Below, piece after piece: positions 13,179 to 26,225 of a DNA stretch of 64,000 bases. The stretch is from Glaucostegus cemiculus. Lineage: Eukaryota. The position numbers and the translations under genes were made by a program. Position 1 is the stretch's first letter. The number at the start of each line of letters is the position of its first letter. The stretch lies in assembly GCA_976551045.1 (NCBI GenBank), contig CDPCPM010000164.1, forward strand, positions 6,696,001-6,760,000. The letters run 5' to 3'. The notes beneath the pieces were generated by a model. It did no database searches and had not been told where the DNA came from. It worked only from the letters and a program-made list of their open reading frames with translations.

Positions 13179-13776
13179 TTTCAGTAATAAACATAAAAAC
13201 AATCTTTGAGACTGATGGATTTTATCTCAATGTTCCCTCACAGTTACACAAAATAGACATTAAAGTTATTTTGAGGTAAGTTGCTCATTAAATAAAATAA
13301 ATATCATATTTTTGGTGGGCACTTTATTCACAGTGAACTATGTTTCTGTCTACACACTGCCTTGGATATAAATAAAATGAAAAATAAATCATTAACTATA
13401 TGATGCAGTACTGGAGTGGTGAAGTTATTGAACAAACAATCAGGGTTCCAGCCCATTGATCTGGATACATGGTTTGAATACCACTCAATAACTGCTGGAT
13501 GGATGTAAAAACCCATTGGATTCATTTATATCCTTCAGAGAAGGAAATCTGCCCACATCACCTGTTTGAGTCTATATGACTCCAGACCCACCGATATGTG
13601 GCTGACTTTTAACTGTCTCCCCAATTCAAGACAGGTTACAGATGGATAACAAATGTTGCTGAAATGCCAGTCAAGTCCTCATCCTGGGAATAAATAAATA
13701 AAAATGAAAATAGGGAAGGATGGAAGTTCACAGCTGGTCAGTCAGCATCCATGTATGTTGTTGATTAACCTGCTGG
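13179..13776 (+). repeat. Direct repeat copy 2 of a ~600-bp local duplication
   Basis: Collinear with 11643-12238. Confidence 0.9.
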
Positions 13777-14019
13777 AGTAGCTGCTTGATAGCCAAAAAC
13801 TGGAGAGGTGGCATTTAACCTTGCCACAGAAGCAGTAATTTTGTGTGAATGAAGTTCACAGTAGTATTCCAACCAACTGAATGCCTATTCTCTCCATCAC
13901 GGACAGTGCTTCCAATCTATTGTAATTCTGACAGAAGCATCTGAAGTTTTCTTTTTCTTATTCCGTTATACCTTTCAGACAAACAAAATAAAATTAACAC
14001 CAATTGAAAATCCAAAAAA

Positions 14020-14440
14020 AAACTTGGAAGATGCTGGAAATCTGAAATGAAAACAGAAGATGTAAGAAATACTCAGCAGGTCAGGCAGCATCTGTGGAAA
14101 GAGTAACAGAGTTGATGTCTCAGGTGGAAGATCCTTACTCAGTTTGAGTTGGGCTTTCTTACCCTGGGTATGGGTCTTTCTTACCTGATTACAAGTACAG
14201 GTCAGGAGCGTCTCTGAAAAGGGAAACAGAGTCACGGTCAAAGACCTTTTGTCATTTTAAATTCCCAGCATTTGCAGTTTTATAGTCTTCAGCCACATCA
14301 ACAGTACTTGTAATTATGTCAGAGTGACCGATACGTGCGTAAGAAAACACAGCAAAATCTTATGAAAGGTTAACTCCGTTTCTCTTTCCACAGATGCTGC
14401 TTGACCTGCTAAGTGCTTCCAGCGTTTTCTGATTTTATTT
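14020..14440. mobile_element. Penelope-like pLTR segments, inverted pair
   Basis: gatgctggaaatctgaaa..ctcagcaggtcaggcagcatctgtgg and the opposite-orientation ccacagatgctgcttgacctgctaag. Confidence 0.65.
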
Positions 14441-15871
14441 ATGAAAGGGAATTAATCCATTTTTTGACTGAATGGTGCAACTAGTTCTCCAAAGGAAATT
14501 AAAGCATTAGTTTTGCATTCTTGTTACATCAATGAACCAACGCTGCTCAGACTGTATTACCCTCACACATATGCACCTTGCCATTCTGGTTCAGCAGTGC
14601 CGAGAGAGGTGTCCGATTAATTCCATCCAACATTAATTAAGTCTGCATTCCAACAATTATCCAAAATTAAAACCACCTTGAGCTACAACTGGCTTCAACA
14701 GCAAACAAATCTCTGTAAAAGATGTAAAAAAAATCCATATCTCTACGTTTTAGGCACATTCAGGTAAACTTGTTGAGATGTTTGGATATCATTGGGAATA
14801 ATGGGCCAAGTGGTCTCCATCTGTGTTTTATCATTTAATGACCTGTGCCAACTGGATCTTTGAACTTGCTTTTTGTGATAACTTTTTTTTAAATAAGGTT
14901 ATTCTGAAATTCTAAGTTTAGATTGTTGGGTTTGCAATCCAGCTGACTAATCCTTCAAATTTTAAAATGCATTTTTGTTCTCTCTGACTTTTGAATAGAT
15001 ATTCTTCCACTGTGCTAAATTGTTTTCATTTTGTTCTTCCAAGCATCGATCATAATAAAACTTTCAATGCCACATATATAAAATACAGCAAGCATAAAGG
15101 CTTAAAACACCATTATCTTCTCCTTCAGCTATTCTGCTTGCAGGAAATATTAACTTTGCTAATTAGTTTAGCGTTATAATGATTAAAAGTACGTTCTGAG
15201 AAGTTAAATCACCTCTGCCCTGAGTCACATGCTGAGTGATAAATGCAGAGCTTTCTCTGACTGCAACGTGCAAGCTCAGTGCTGTGACCGTAACTTGATA
15301 AGTCAATCAACACTGCCAGCCCTTCAGTGCATAATTAACTTCGCCGATTGCTACTTCAGAGGAACATTTTGCAGCAATTTATTTGACTCAATAAGGGTAA
15401 AATAATAAAAGTTTCACTTCATGCAGCAGAGCAGAAAATCAGGTCACCTTTGTAGAATCATGCCAAGAACTGCAAAATGGGATGTGCGTTAATCATACAA
15501 GACGGTCTTCAGTACTCCTTAATACACAGGCTTTTTCAGGATTGTGGTAGGAGGAGGTAAAAGCACAGGCAAAGTTATCCTAGGTTAAGGACTGACGGAA
15601 GCCTGAAATGGGTAAAGGGGCAAGGGAATTTTGGAAGAGAGTTACAGAGGAAGACAAGATAATGTAAGGTTCATTAAACTCCCAGAAAGGATTGTGTACT
15701 CAACAAACAATAAATCCATCCATCCAAGGGAAAGTGCGAGGTAGGTTCTTTACAAATTTACCTCTATTTGTATAGCATGGTGATAGGCCCTTCTGGCCCA
15801 ATGAGTGATTACACCCAAGTTAACCTACTAACCTGTACATCTCCCTTATGTAGACACAATAGACAGCAGAT

Positions 15872-16113
15872 CAGAATCAGAATCAGTTTTTATTGTCACT
15901 ACTATATACACATTCAGTATGCATAGGAGCGAAATACCATACTCCACAGAACAAGGTTCTCGTCACATTAAAAAAGAAACAAACAATGAAAGACACAAGG
16001 ACAGAAAGACACTAAAAACATTGGAACCACAAAATTAAATAGCGATTCAAATAAACAATCTTAAAGTGAGCGTACTGAGGCAGCAGACAACGGACATTCA
16101 AAGTGCTGGTGCA
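15872..16113 (-). mobile_element. Rex1 3'UTR-only insertion with (CTGATT)n tail, inside a Penelope fold-back unit
   Basis: Related to the 3'UTR of 29341-31950; host continuity agacacaatagacagcagat|..|gatgctgtaatcc. Confidence 0.75.
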
Positions 16114-16292
16114 GATGCTGTAATCCGGAGCAAAAACAAGCTGCTGGAGGAACTCAGCAGGTCAGGCAGCATCTGTGGAAGGAGACAGATGGTTGACGTC
16201 TCGGGTTGAGACCCTGCGTCAGCATAGACCACACCTCTGCCTCCACAGATGCTGCCTGACCTGCTGAGTTCTTCCAGCAGTTTGGTTTCTTG
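16114..16292. mobile_element. Penelope-derived fold-back unit with central HHR remnant
   Basis: 39-bp inverted arms 16141-16179 and 16242-16280 with 1 mismatch. Confidence 0.8.
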
Positions 16293-16899
16293 GTTCTTCA
16301 TGTTGCTACTTACAAATAGAGTTAGAGTTATAAGCAAAACCTCCTGAACTGAAAACAGTAACTCTCAGCCAAACTGCAGTATCTGGGTATGAGAATGCAT
16401 TGAGTTTTTTAAGTGGTGTAAACCAGCTCTTAAAGGCATTCTACACATGTGATGTATAAACTACAGTAGAGTAGGGGAAGGTCATGACCTGGAGGATGAA
16501 AATCTTGTTGGTGATTTGTGAATCCAGTGGAATCACAAGTCACCACCAGTGGTTAGTAGAATAAAGGCAAAGGATTAACGAATCGAACTGAATGAAATGT
16601 GATAATTGAATTGTATTTTGCAGAAATGTATCAGTTGGATGGAATTAGCAAGCTCTTGGTAACGTGCAGCATTTTAAAGGGAAATTTATCAATGAAAAGT
16701 AGATGGGAGAAACGTTACAAGTCAGCATTGAAACTATTTATTGGGTCAACACACGGGAGTGGCTGGCTCTCACCTCCGGGGACCCAGGCTCAACACTAAC
16801 CTTGGGTGCTGTCTGTACCAGTTTGCAAGTCCAAAAACAGCTACCCAGCCCAACCCATCAGCCAGTACTTGGTCTGTAGCCCTGCCAACCCCAGCTGTC

Positions 16900-18330
16900 T
16901 GCACACCCAAGTGCTTTCTAAATATGTAGAGGGCTTCAGCATTTACTGTCCTTTCAGACAGCAAGTTCCAGACCCCTGTCACCTCCTGGGTGAAAGGATT
17001 TTGCCTCTTGTTCTTCTACCAATATTTTAAATCTATGCCCTTTGGTTTTGAGCACTTTGCTAAAGTAAACTTGTCCTTTTTATTTATCCCATCTTGGTAC
17101 TTTATAATGTTGTTACATTATATACACCTCAGTTGTCTCCCCTCAGCCCCTGTGTTCCAGAGTAAACAACCTCAAACTATCCAACCTTTTTTCCTACCTG
17201 AGGTTTAACAGACCTCACAACATCCTTGCAAATCTCCCCTGCAGCCTTTTCAATGCAATCACATTCTTCCTGTTATATGGTAACCACAACTGTATACAAT
17301 GCAGTGACCTAACCAGTACTGCATAAGCTCCAGCTTAACCTCCTTGCTTTTATATTCTGTATTGATTAATAGAGGAAAGCACCTTGTTTAACCACCTTGC
17401 TGATCTTGTGGATCTATGTAGGTACACTCCAAGTCCCTATGTTCCTCCACACTACTCAACTACTTTATAGAATACTCCCCTGCCTTATTGAACCTCCCTA
17501 ACTGTATTACCTCACAGCTTCCTGGATTAAGTTCCATTTGCTGATCAATTGACTGGACTGTTTCTATCTTCCTGCAGTCTAAAGCTTTCCCCTTCACTGT
17601 CGATCACGTGGCCACTTTTTGTACCATCTATGAACTTCTTTATCATCCCCCTTACCTTTGGGTCTAAATCATTGATAGAAACAGGAAGGAGGACTGAGCC
17701 CTTTGAAGCTCCATTGGTAACAATCCTCTGGTCACAAAAACAACTGTCAGCCACTGACTCTTGAACCAATTTTGGATCCAATTTACCACCTTCCTATGGA
17801 TCCCTTGGACTTTATTTTAACCAACCTGCCATATGGGGATCTCATCAATGGTGCTGGTCAAATCCATGCAAACAGGGCAGGCATGGTAGTGTAGTAGTTA
17901 GCGTAACGCTTTACAGCGCCAGTGACCCAGGTTCTATTCCGGCCACTGTCTGTAAGGAGTTTGTACGTTCTCCCTGTGTCTGCATGTGTTTCCTCCAGGT
18001 GCTCTGGTTTCCTCCCACATTCCAAAGACGTACAGATTATAAAGTTGTGGGCATGCTATGGTGGCTCTGGAGGTGTGGCGACACTTGCAGGCAGCCCCCA
18101 GAACACTCTACACAAAAGACGTATTTCACTGTGTGTTTCGATGCACACGTGACTAATAAAGAAATCTTATCTTAAAATGCACGGCCTTCATCAGCCTTCC
18201 TTATTACCTCTCAAAAAAATTCAATCATGTTTATCAGATGTGAAGTTCCCTTAAAAAATCTATGCTGACTGTCCATTTGCTTGATGCCTTTCTAAGTGAA
18301 CGTTTACATTGCCCCTTAGAATGGATTCCA
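16900..18330 (-). mobile_element. Old CR1-type LINE RT fragment interrupted by a V-SINE
   Basis: Minus-strand remnants GSVLLP..INDLD..IKKFIDGTK..RLQED; decayed. Confidence 0.65.
17875..18173 (+). mobile_element. tRNA-derived V-SINE, full length
   Basis: gggcaggcatggtagtgtagtagttag (A box), ggttctattcc (B box), V-domain, tcttatctt tail. Confidence 0.88.
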
Positions 18331-19712
18331 GTGCCTCACATCAAAGTTAAAATAACTAGTCTGCAATTAGTTCTTTATTCTCACCTCTCTTTTGTATGTC
18401 CCAATATTTGTTTGGCCCTTTGTAAGATTTAAAAATTGTGCCTTTTACTTCCTGTTTTACTGTCTGTAAGAATACTTCAAAGTGATTGGGTGCACACTCT
18501 GCCTGTTGGCATCACTGAGATCCTCTAGAACTTACAGCAAGCAATCTTCAAATAGTTTCCAATAGTAACAAGGCGGTCTTTTTTTTAAACAATTAAATGA
18601 GTTGAGGAGTCCAAATTTAGACCATACCATTGAATACTTCAGTTACAATGTCAATGAAAAAAATAAACAGATTGAAGGTCAAAGCTGCAACTGTACAGCT
18701 TATATACTGTAACTACTTTTATCCAGTAGATCAATTTCCTGGATATTATGTGCCAGCCACATGATTTTTTTCTATGATACCTTCATCTTTTTGTTTTTAA
18801 TTTTTCCCTTGTAAGCTTCCAAAATCGTACAGCTCCTGATACAGTCAATAACATGGAATTAAAGAACAGTGAAAATCTGCAGCATCTTTTATGTGGCTTG
18901 GATCAAAAAGACTGCAAGGAAAACACGTGATTCAATTTTAGAACAGCTTCCTTTACTAAAACAATTGCAGAACTTATCTTTAAAGAATAACTTCTGTGAA
19001 CTATCTTTGAGTAAGGCATCTGAGATTAAACATAAGATTAAAAAAACGAATTACAATGCAGGCAGATTCTTTACTGAAAGCAAACGTTTCAAAGGCGATG
19101 TGGAAACCTATATATCAAGGAGCAAATAAACAGGAATAAATGTCTCGACTGTGATTTATGGAATATTAGGGAATGAGCGGTGTGACAGGCAAACAGGTAC
19201 AGATCAGCTGTTGGCATTTTGGGATTGAATGAGCAATTCCCCTTCCTATATATTTACTAAAATACAATCCACTCTTGTACATGTAGCCTGCAGGAAAGTG
19301 TGCCCTGAGCTTTTGAGCAATGAAACTGCCTGAATCCTCCTCTGAAGCTCGGCCACCAGAGGCACCTTCAGATGTTCATTGGCACAAGCGACAAGAGGCA
19401 AAACATTCTGTTCAAGGTTTAGAAAGAAAATAAAGCAGTCAGTGAATACAGGAAAGTTTCAGCCACTAGGGAAAAGTTTCAGCCACTTTCCAATAATGAC
19501 ATGATCTCTTGAACTGGATCACTCAAATAGAGTAATACAACCTTCACCCACGCGTTTCTGTTTTGCACTTGAAGACAATTAAATCCTGTTCACTTGGGTG
19601 GCTGGGATGAGTTCTACGGTCCCGACTTTAGCTCTGGCTGTGAGTTACACAAGTGGGGCCCAGGGAGCCTGAAAACCACTCACCACATGAGGCTCAGGAG
19701 ATTCTAACAACT

Positions 19713-19996
19713 GCATCAGTCCCACTCTCTGAGGTGCTGGGGATAATTGCAAGTTAATCCAACAATGTGCTTTATTAATCAACAGGATTCATAGTTTTGT
19801 CAATAGCTCTTCTGACACCATGTATCAGTATCCCTCTCCAAGGTGCTGGAGGATGATACTAAATTAATTCCACAACATACTTTATTAAACAATATGATTT
19901 TATTAATCAGCACTTCTGAGACCACAAATCAGTATCACTCTCCAAGGTACTGAAGGATGGCCAATAAGTTTAATTAACAAGGTGCTTCATTAAACA
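19713..19996 (+). repeat. Three degenerate ~105-bp tandem units
   Basis: Recurring atcagt..ctctccaaggtgctgg.ggat..ttaat..caa..ctttattaa.caa. Confidence 0.75.
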
Positions 19997-20303
19997 AGTG
20001 CACGGATCCACACCTGCCCCAGCAAGAGGTAAGAATGGAGGAGATCTTTACAAGGACAGGAGGTACTGAGCACCCACTGGATGGAGCACTTCAAAGATCT
20101 CCCCAACCAAGACACTGCTTTGACATGAGTTTCCTTGACTCCATCGCGCTGCCAGCCATCCTCCACAATCTTGCCACTGCTCCATTTTGTCACAAGGTTG
20201 AAAAGGCCATCCAATAGGTTTGGCAGGAGTTCATCTGGGAAGAGCAGGTCAGGGACTCTGATGCCAGAATCAAGACCATCTCAATAAAAGTGAGAAGGCT
20301 GAC

Positions 20304-20613
20304 GGGCAGGTACAGTAGTGTAGCGGTTAGTGTAACGCTTTACAGCGCCAGTGACCCGGGTTCAATTCCAGCCACTGTCTGTAAGGAGTTTGTACGTTCT
20401 CCCCGTGACTGCGTGGGTTCCCTCCAGGTGCTCCGGTTTCCTCCCACATTCCAAAGACGTCCGGGTTAGGAAGTTGTGGGCATGCTATGTTGATGCTGGA
20501 AGCGTGGCAACACTTGCGGGGCTGCCCCCCAAGAACACTCTACGCAAAAGATGCATTTCACTGTGTTTCAATGTACATGTGACTAATAAAGATATCTTAT
20601 CTTATCTTATCTT
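20304..20613 (+). mobile_element. tRNA-derived V-SINE, full length
   Basis: A box tagtgtagcgg, B box ggttcaattcc, V-domain, (tctta)n tail. Confidence 0.9.
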
Positions 20614-21729
20614 AAATTTCAGAGGGGTCCTCTTGCTGTCTTTCACAGGGAAAGTGGTGTAAAGAATCCTCCTCACTCTCCACCCAGTGATGCAACCCAG
20701 ATTCTACCCAGCAAGAGCTACAATGGATATGATCTTCAGAAAAATATAGAGAGCATCACCTTTAACTGTGGTGGTCTTTCTGAATGTTGTCATGACTTTC
20801 GACTCCATCAACCAAGAGGGGAATTTGGTGACTACTTATGGTGATGGTTTATCTTCAGTAAATGTGGGCAAAATGGACAGTCAACCCCAAACACTATATG
20901 GTCCTGTGATGAATGATTGGGTTGCTGGCAGGCACACCCTTGAGACTGGGCACTGAGGTCCATTGTGGAGAGAGAAATAAGAGAGCCTGACTCTGTTTAG
21001 ACTCACTCTGAGCTTGTCCTGGGACTTTCAGGGTAGCATGAAAACAAGGCATTTTTTTTCCTTCTTTGATATCCTGGGATTGGAATAAACTTTTGAAATC
21101 TGAGGCACTACTTGGTCTTCACTTCAAGAACTGCTGAAATTATCCTTAATTGTGCAACTTAAAAGCCAGAAGTACAAAGGAAAATGATACCAAGAAATAG
21201 AAAAATGTAAGGAAAAGGCTCAAGCCCAAGGCTAGATTGGAGTTGCATATTAGATTACAGCCCATTCTGAATTTAATGTGACAGAAAACCCTGTAATATA
21301 CAGAGCTGCCAACAGTCGGATAGCAACATGACTTCACAGTGCAGGTTTAGTAATTCCCTTTAAAATCCTGCAAAAGTAACTGCCGTCATTTTCTTAAAGT
21401 AGAAAGAGCTTATGGTAGTTTGAACAGTGCTGTTGTAGTATGGTTTGGGTACAGAGTTTTCCACAAACTTATTGTCCAAGGAGTCTTAACTCCTCTTACA
21501 TAGCCCCGAGCAGTTGTGATTGAGTTTGCGTCTGTGTCAGCAATTTTGTTTGTTTCCAGGAGCTGAGCATTACGGGCGATACCAGCATTGATTACCCCTT
21601 CCCCACTTCCCTGAACTGTGTGTATAACAAAGCTGTCTGAGAGGACAGTCAAGAGTCAGCTCATAGAACAGTACAGCACAGGAACAGGCCACTTGGCCCA
21701 CAATGTCTGACTGAACACATTGTGAATGA

Positions 21730-22330
21730 AACCAGAATCAGAATTCTTATCACTGACATATGTCATGAAATTTGTTGCTTTGCAGCAGCAGTACAGTGCA
21801 AGACATAGAAATTACTGTAAGTTAACAAAATAAATAAATAGTGCAAAAGTAGAATAACGAGGATTCATGGACCGCTCAGAAATCTTATGGTAGAAGCTGT
21901 TCCTGAAACATTGAGTGTGGGTCTTCAGGCTCCTGTACCTCCTTCCCGATGGTAGTAACGTGAAAAGGGCATGTCCCAGATGGTGAGGGTCCATAATGAT
22001 AGAGGCCGCCTTCTTGAGGCACCGCCTCTTGAAGATGTCTTCGATGGCGGAGAGGGTTGTGCCTGTGATGGAGCTGACAGAGTCTCTGCAGCCTCTTTTG
22101 ATCCTGCGCATTGGAGCCTCCATACCAGGTGGCATGCAACCAGTCAGAGTGCTGTCCATTGTCCCTCTACAGAAATTTGTAAGTCTTTGGTGACACACTA
22201 AACCCCCTCAAACTCCTAATGAGGTAGAGTCGCTGGTGTGCCTTCTTCATGATTGCATCAATGTGTTGCGCCCAGGATAGATCATCTGAGACGTTGACAC
22301 CCAGGAGCTTGAAGCTGATCACTGCTGACC
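21730..22330 (-). mobile_element. Rex1-type LINE 3' fragment
   Basis: SITGTTL..IEDIFKRRCLKKAASII.DPHH.GHALFTLLPSGRRYRSLKTHTQ; ctgattctgg tail; sits inside a CR1 3' end (21660-22570). Confidence 0.85.
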
Positions 22331-23419
22331 CCTACTAAATCTCTTCTGCCTGGACATGATCCAAATCCCTCAACTCCCTGCATATTCATCTGTCTAACAG
22401 CCGCGTAAATGCCACTATCGTATCTGCTTCCAGCACGACCCATGGCAGCCTGTTCCAGGCACCTACCACAGTCTGTGTAAAAAAAAACCTTGCCCTACGC
22501 ATCTCCTTTAATATTTCCCCCTCTCACCTTAAATGCATGTGCTCTGGTACTTGATATTGCTACCCTGTGTTGCTGTGCATCTGAAGTGATTTTAAGTCTA
22601 GTCTGGTTAGAAAAGCAATTTCCTTAGTGGACATTAATGGACCCAAATGGTTTTTTAAGCTGCGGTAGGTTCATGTTCACCATTACTGACGCTTGCCTTA
22701 GCTGCATTCCGAAATCTCCCCCTCTATCTTTGCCTCTCTCTTTCTTCCTTTAAGACAGTCTTCGAAACTTATCTTTTCCATGGAACTGTTGGCCATTTGT
22801 CCTAATATCTCCTCATTGCTTTGTCATCTGTTGTTGCTTATAAACACACCAGTGAAAGATCTTGGGTCATGCTTCCTCCCTTAGATGTGCTGTGCATCAA
22901 AGAGTATATAAGAACATCAGAAATAGCGAGCAGGAGCAGGTTATTTGACTCCTTGAGCTTAGATGCCATTCAATAAAATCATGGCTGATCTTTTTCTTCA
23001 ACTTATGAACCATCCCCCTATCCCTTGACTCCCTGAGTGCTCAGTTTGGATTGCATACAATGAATAAACTTCCAGACCTCCCTCCCCCCGGGATCGAGAA
23101 TCCCAACAATTCACTGCCCTCTGCGTGCAGAAGGGCTCACACTTCCAGTGGATACCACACCCTGAACACTAGGTCTTAGACACACTGGTCCGTGCTGACA
23201 TGTGGGAGTTGCCAGGAGGTTTCACACCATGCCCGGAATCTGCCACAGTGGGATGGGAGGTGGGAGAGAAAGGTTCCATTAAAGGGCACCGTCACTCTGT
23301 GCCAGCCAAATCTGAACTGATGGAAAAGAAGTCCCACAGGCCAACTTCTGACTAGTTCTCTTCCTTTGGTATCTAATCAAAACTGATGTTATGATCTGAT
23401 TTTGATTATTTCAATACTT

Positions 23420-23777
23420 CAGCTCCATCACGGGCACAATCCTCCCCACCATCGAGGGCATCTTCAAGAGGCGGTGCCTCAAGAAGGTGGCATCCATCAC
23501 AAAGGACACTCACCACCCGGGACACGCCTTCTTCACGTTACTACCATCGGGGAGGAGGTACAGGAGCCTGAAGACCCACACTCAACGGCTCAGGAACAGC
23601 TTCTTCACCTTCGCCATCAGATTTCTAAACGGTCAGTGAACGCCACCTCATTGTTCCTTTTTTTTTGCACTAATTATTTATTTTTGTAATTTATAGATTT
23701 TTATGTCTTTGCACTGTACTGCTGCCACGGAACAACAAATTTCACACCATATGTCGGTGATAATAAACCTGATCCTG
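23420..23777 (+). mobile_element. Rex1-type LINE 3' fragment
   Basis: Same C-terminal motif (LLPSGRRYRSLKTHTQRLRNSFF) and 3'UTR as 21730-22330. Confidence 0.85.
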
Positions 23778-23959
23778 AGGTTCCTTGCACCAAGCTTAAA
23801 CACTGTTCTACTGCCCCCCTGTGCTCCTGTGTTGGAACTGCAGGCTCACCCTGCTGCTCTTGAGCTGGAGCTGCAAATGCTGAGCACTGCTACCTGGAGC
23901 CAGAGCAGGTACTGCAGACAGATCTTCATCGGAAAATAAACAGAACTTCACAGAGCCCT

Positions 23960-24860
23960 ATCTGGACCCATCTTGCTGTCACCCAGACTGACAAGAAATC
24001 AAAAAGGCCTTATGCCAACTAGAAACGACAAAGTCTTTGGAGCAGTTGGTATCTTTACTAAAACTTGCTAGAGAGGAACATCATTCACAAATTCACAACC
24101 TTACTTTCACATCTCTGAAGAGGACGACACACCTGGGGAGCTCAGAGATGTCGTATTCGTGACCATCTTCATGGAAGGAGACAAGTCTGGGCACTGGAGC
24201 TCGATGCTGCCAGTGCAAAGGCTTTGTGGGGAAGGACTGCAGTCTAGGGTCCTTCTGCCTCAAGACGGCTAGGGGTTAAGTCTGTGTAGATACCTCTCAC
24301 ACACTTGAAGTTTGTGTCACCCCAGGAGACCACAAGAATGGCAATGGTGTTATGTACACAAAATGTACAAAAACTACCAATGTATAGAACTGATAATTAG
24401 TGTGGATGTATAGACTGAACACTGCAGATGTAAACTGATGCAAACTTTGATTTTTGCAAAGTTATTTTATGAATAAAGTTTATCTTTTCAAATAAATAAG
24501 AATGATAGAGCCACAGGGAAAGTCACTGCCAGGGTCTCCCTCAACTTCTCCCAATGTCTAAACAGCAGCTCTCCAAATGACTGTGTAGATTCTGTCTCTC
24601 CAGGGGCATGTTCTTCATCTCCAAGGGAAATACAAGGATAGCATCAACCTCTATACATTGTCCTTTCAACCTCACAAAAGCCTTTGATCCTGTCAAAGGA
24701 GAGGCACAGTGGAGCATTCTTCTCAAATTTTCTGCACGTTATGATGTTTTCCCATCTTACGTTTGCTACTCAATGGCAGACAAGCCACAATCTCAACATA
24801 TGGATCTCCAATCTCAATGCAGTCTGGCATCAAGCAAGGCTCCCTCATTGCCAGCAGGTC
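23960..24860 (+). mobile_element. Decayed RTE-type LINE RT fragment with nested Tx1/L1-type 3' end (~24190-24500)
   Basis: PGELRDVVFVTIF..GDK and FNLTKAFDPV..GIKQG remnants; the nested part matches 50555-51117. Confidence 0.55.
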
Positions 24861-24999
24861 TGGGCTATAACAGTCCTGCAGGGCCAAGTGCATCTCAATG
24901 GGCAAGTCATTCAGGAATCTCATTTGAACAGATTGACCATGAACAGCTCGTTCAGGGTTAACAGATGGTCCAGACTCTCCCACCTGCTGTCATCAAAAA

Positions 25000-26225
25000 T
25001 CTCAGAATCAGAACCATTATCACTGACTTAGAGGAGGTGAAATTTGTTGTTCAGCAGCAACAGTACAGCGCAAAGACAGAGAATTATTATAAATTAGAAA
25101 ACAACTAAATAATGCAAAATAAAGGAATAACAGGTAGTGTTCCTGGGTTGCTGGACCATTCAGAAATCAGATGATGGAGAGGAGGAAGCTGTTCCTGAAT
25201 CGCTGAGTGTGGGTCTCCAGGCTCCTGTACCTCCTCCCCGATGGTAGTAACAAGAAGAGGGCATGTCCCAGATGGTGAGGGTCCTTAGTGATGGATGCCA
25301 CCTTCTTGAGGCAACACCTATTAAAGATGTCCTTGATGGTGGGGAGGGTTGTGCCTGTGATGGAGCTGGCTGAGTCTACAACCCTCTGCAGCCGCTTGCG
25401 ATCCCGTGCACTGGAGCCTCCATACCAGGCGGTGATGCAACCAGTCAGAATGCTCTCCATTGTTGCTCTATACCAAATCTCTTCAAACACCTAACGACGT
25501 AGAGCCACTGGTGTGCTTTCTTCATGAGAGCATCAATGTGTTGGGCCCAGGATAGATCCTCTGAGATGTTGACGCCCTGGAACTTGAAACCGCTCACCCT
25601 TTCCACCCCTGGTGTGTGTTCTCTTGACTTCCCCTTCCTGAAGTCCACTATCAGTTCCTTGATCCTGCTGACGTTAAGTGCGAGGTTGTTGTTGTGACAC
25701 CACTCAACCAGCTGATCTCACTCTCACACGCCTCCTCGGCGCCATCTGAGATTCTACCAACAACAGTGGTGTCAGTGGCGAATTTATAGATGGTGTTTGA
25801 GCTGTCCCCTGCCACACAGTCAATGAGTGTAGAAAGAACAGAGCGGTGGGCTAAGCACGCATCCACGAGGTGTGCCTGTGTTGATTGTCAGTGAGGAGGA
25901 GATGTTTCTACCGATCTGCACTGACTGTGGTCTCCCAATAAGGAAGTCAAGGATCCAGTTGCAGAAGCCCAGGTTTTAAAGCTTTATTGATTAGGACTGA
26001 GGGAATGATGGCGTTAAACAGCAGCCTGACTTATGTCTTGGGGTTGTCTAGGTATTCTAAGCAAAGTGAAGAGCCAGTGAGATTGTATCTGCTGTAGACC
26101 TGTTGCGTCGGTAGATGAATTGCAGGGGGTCCAGGTCTTTATTCAGGCGGGTGTTCATTCTAGCAGTAACCAACCTCTCAAAGCACTTCATTACGGTAGA
26201 TGAGTGTGCTACCGGGCGATAGTCA
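25000..26225 (-). mobile_element. Rex1-type LINE RT/3' fragment (frameshifted)
   Basis: NTIYKFATDTTVVGRIS, VERVSGFKFQGVNISEDLSW, ESILTGCITAWYG, LLPSGRRYRSL. Confidence 0.85.

Noticed and set aside
17875-17945. tRNA gene
   Set aside because: This is the tRNA-like head of a V-SINE that runs on into the SINE body; the same applies at 20304 and 7056.
21410-21652. 80-aa minus ORF in non-repetitive DNA
   Set aside because: No recognisable homology or convincing exon boundaries.
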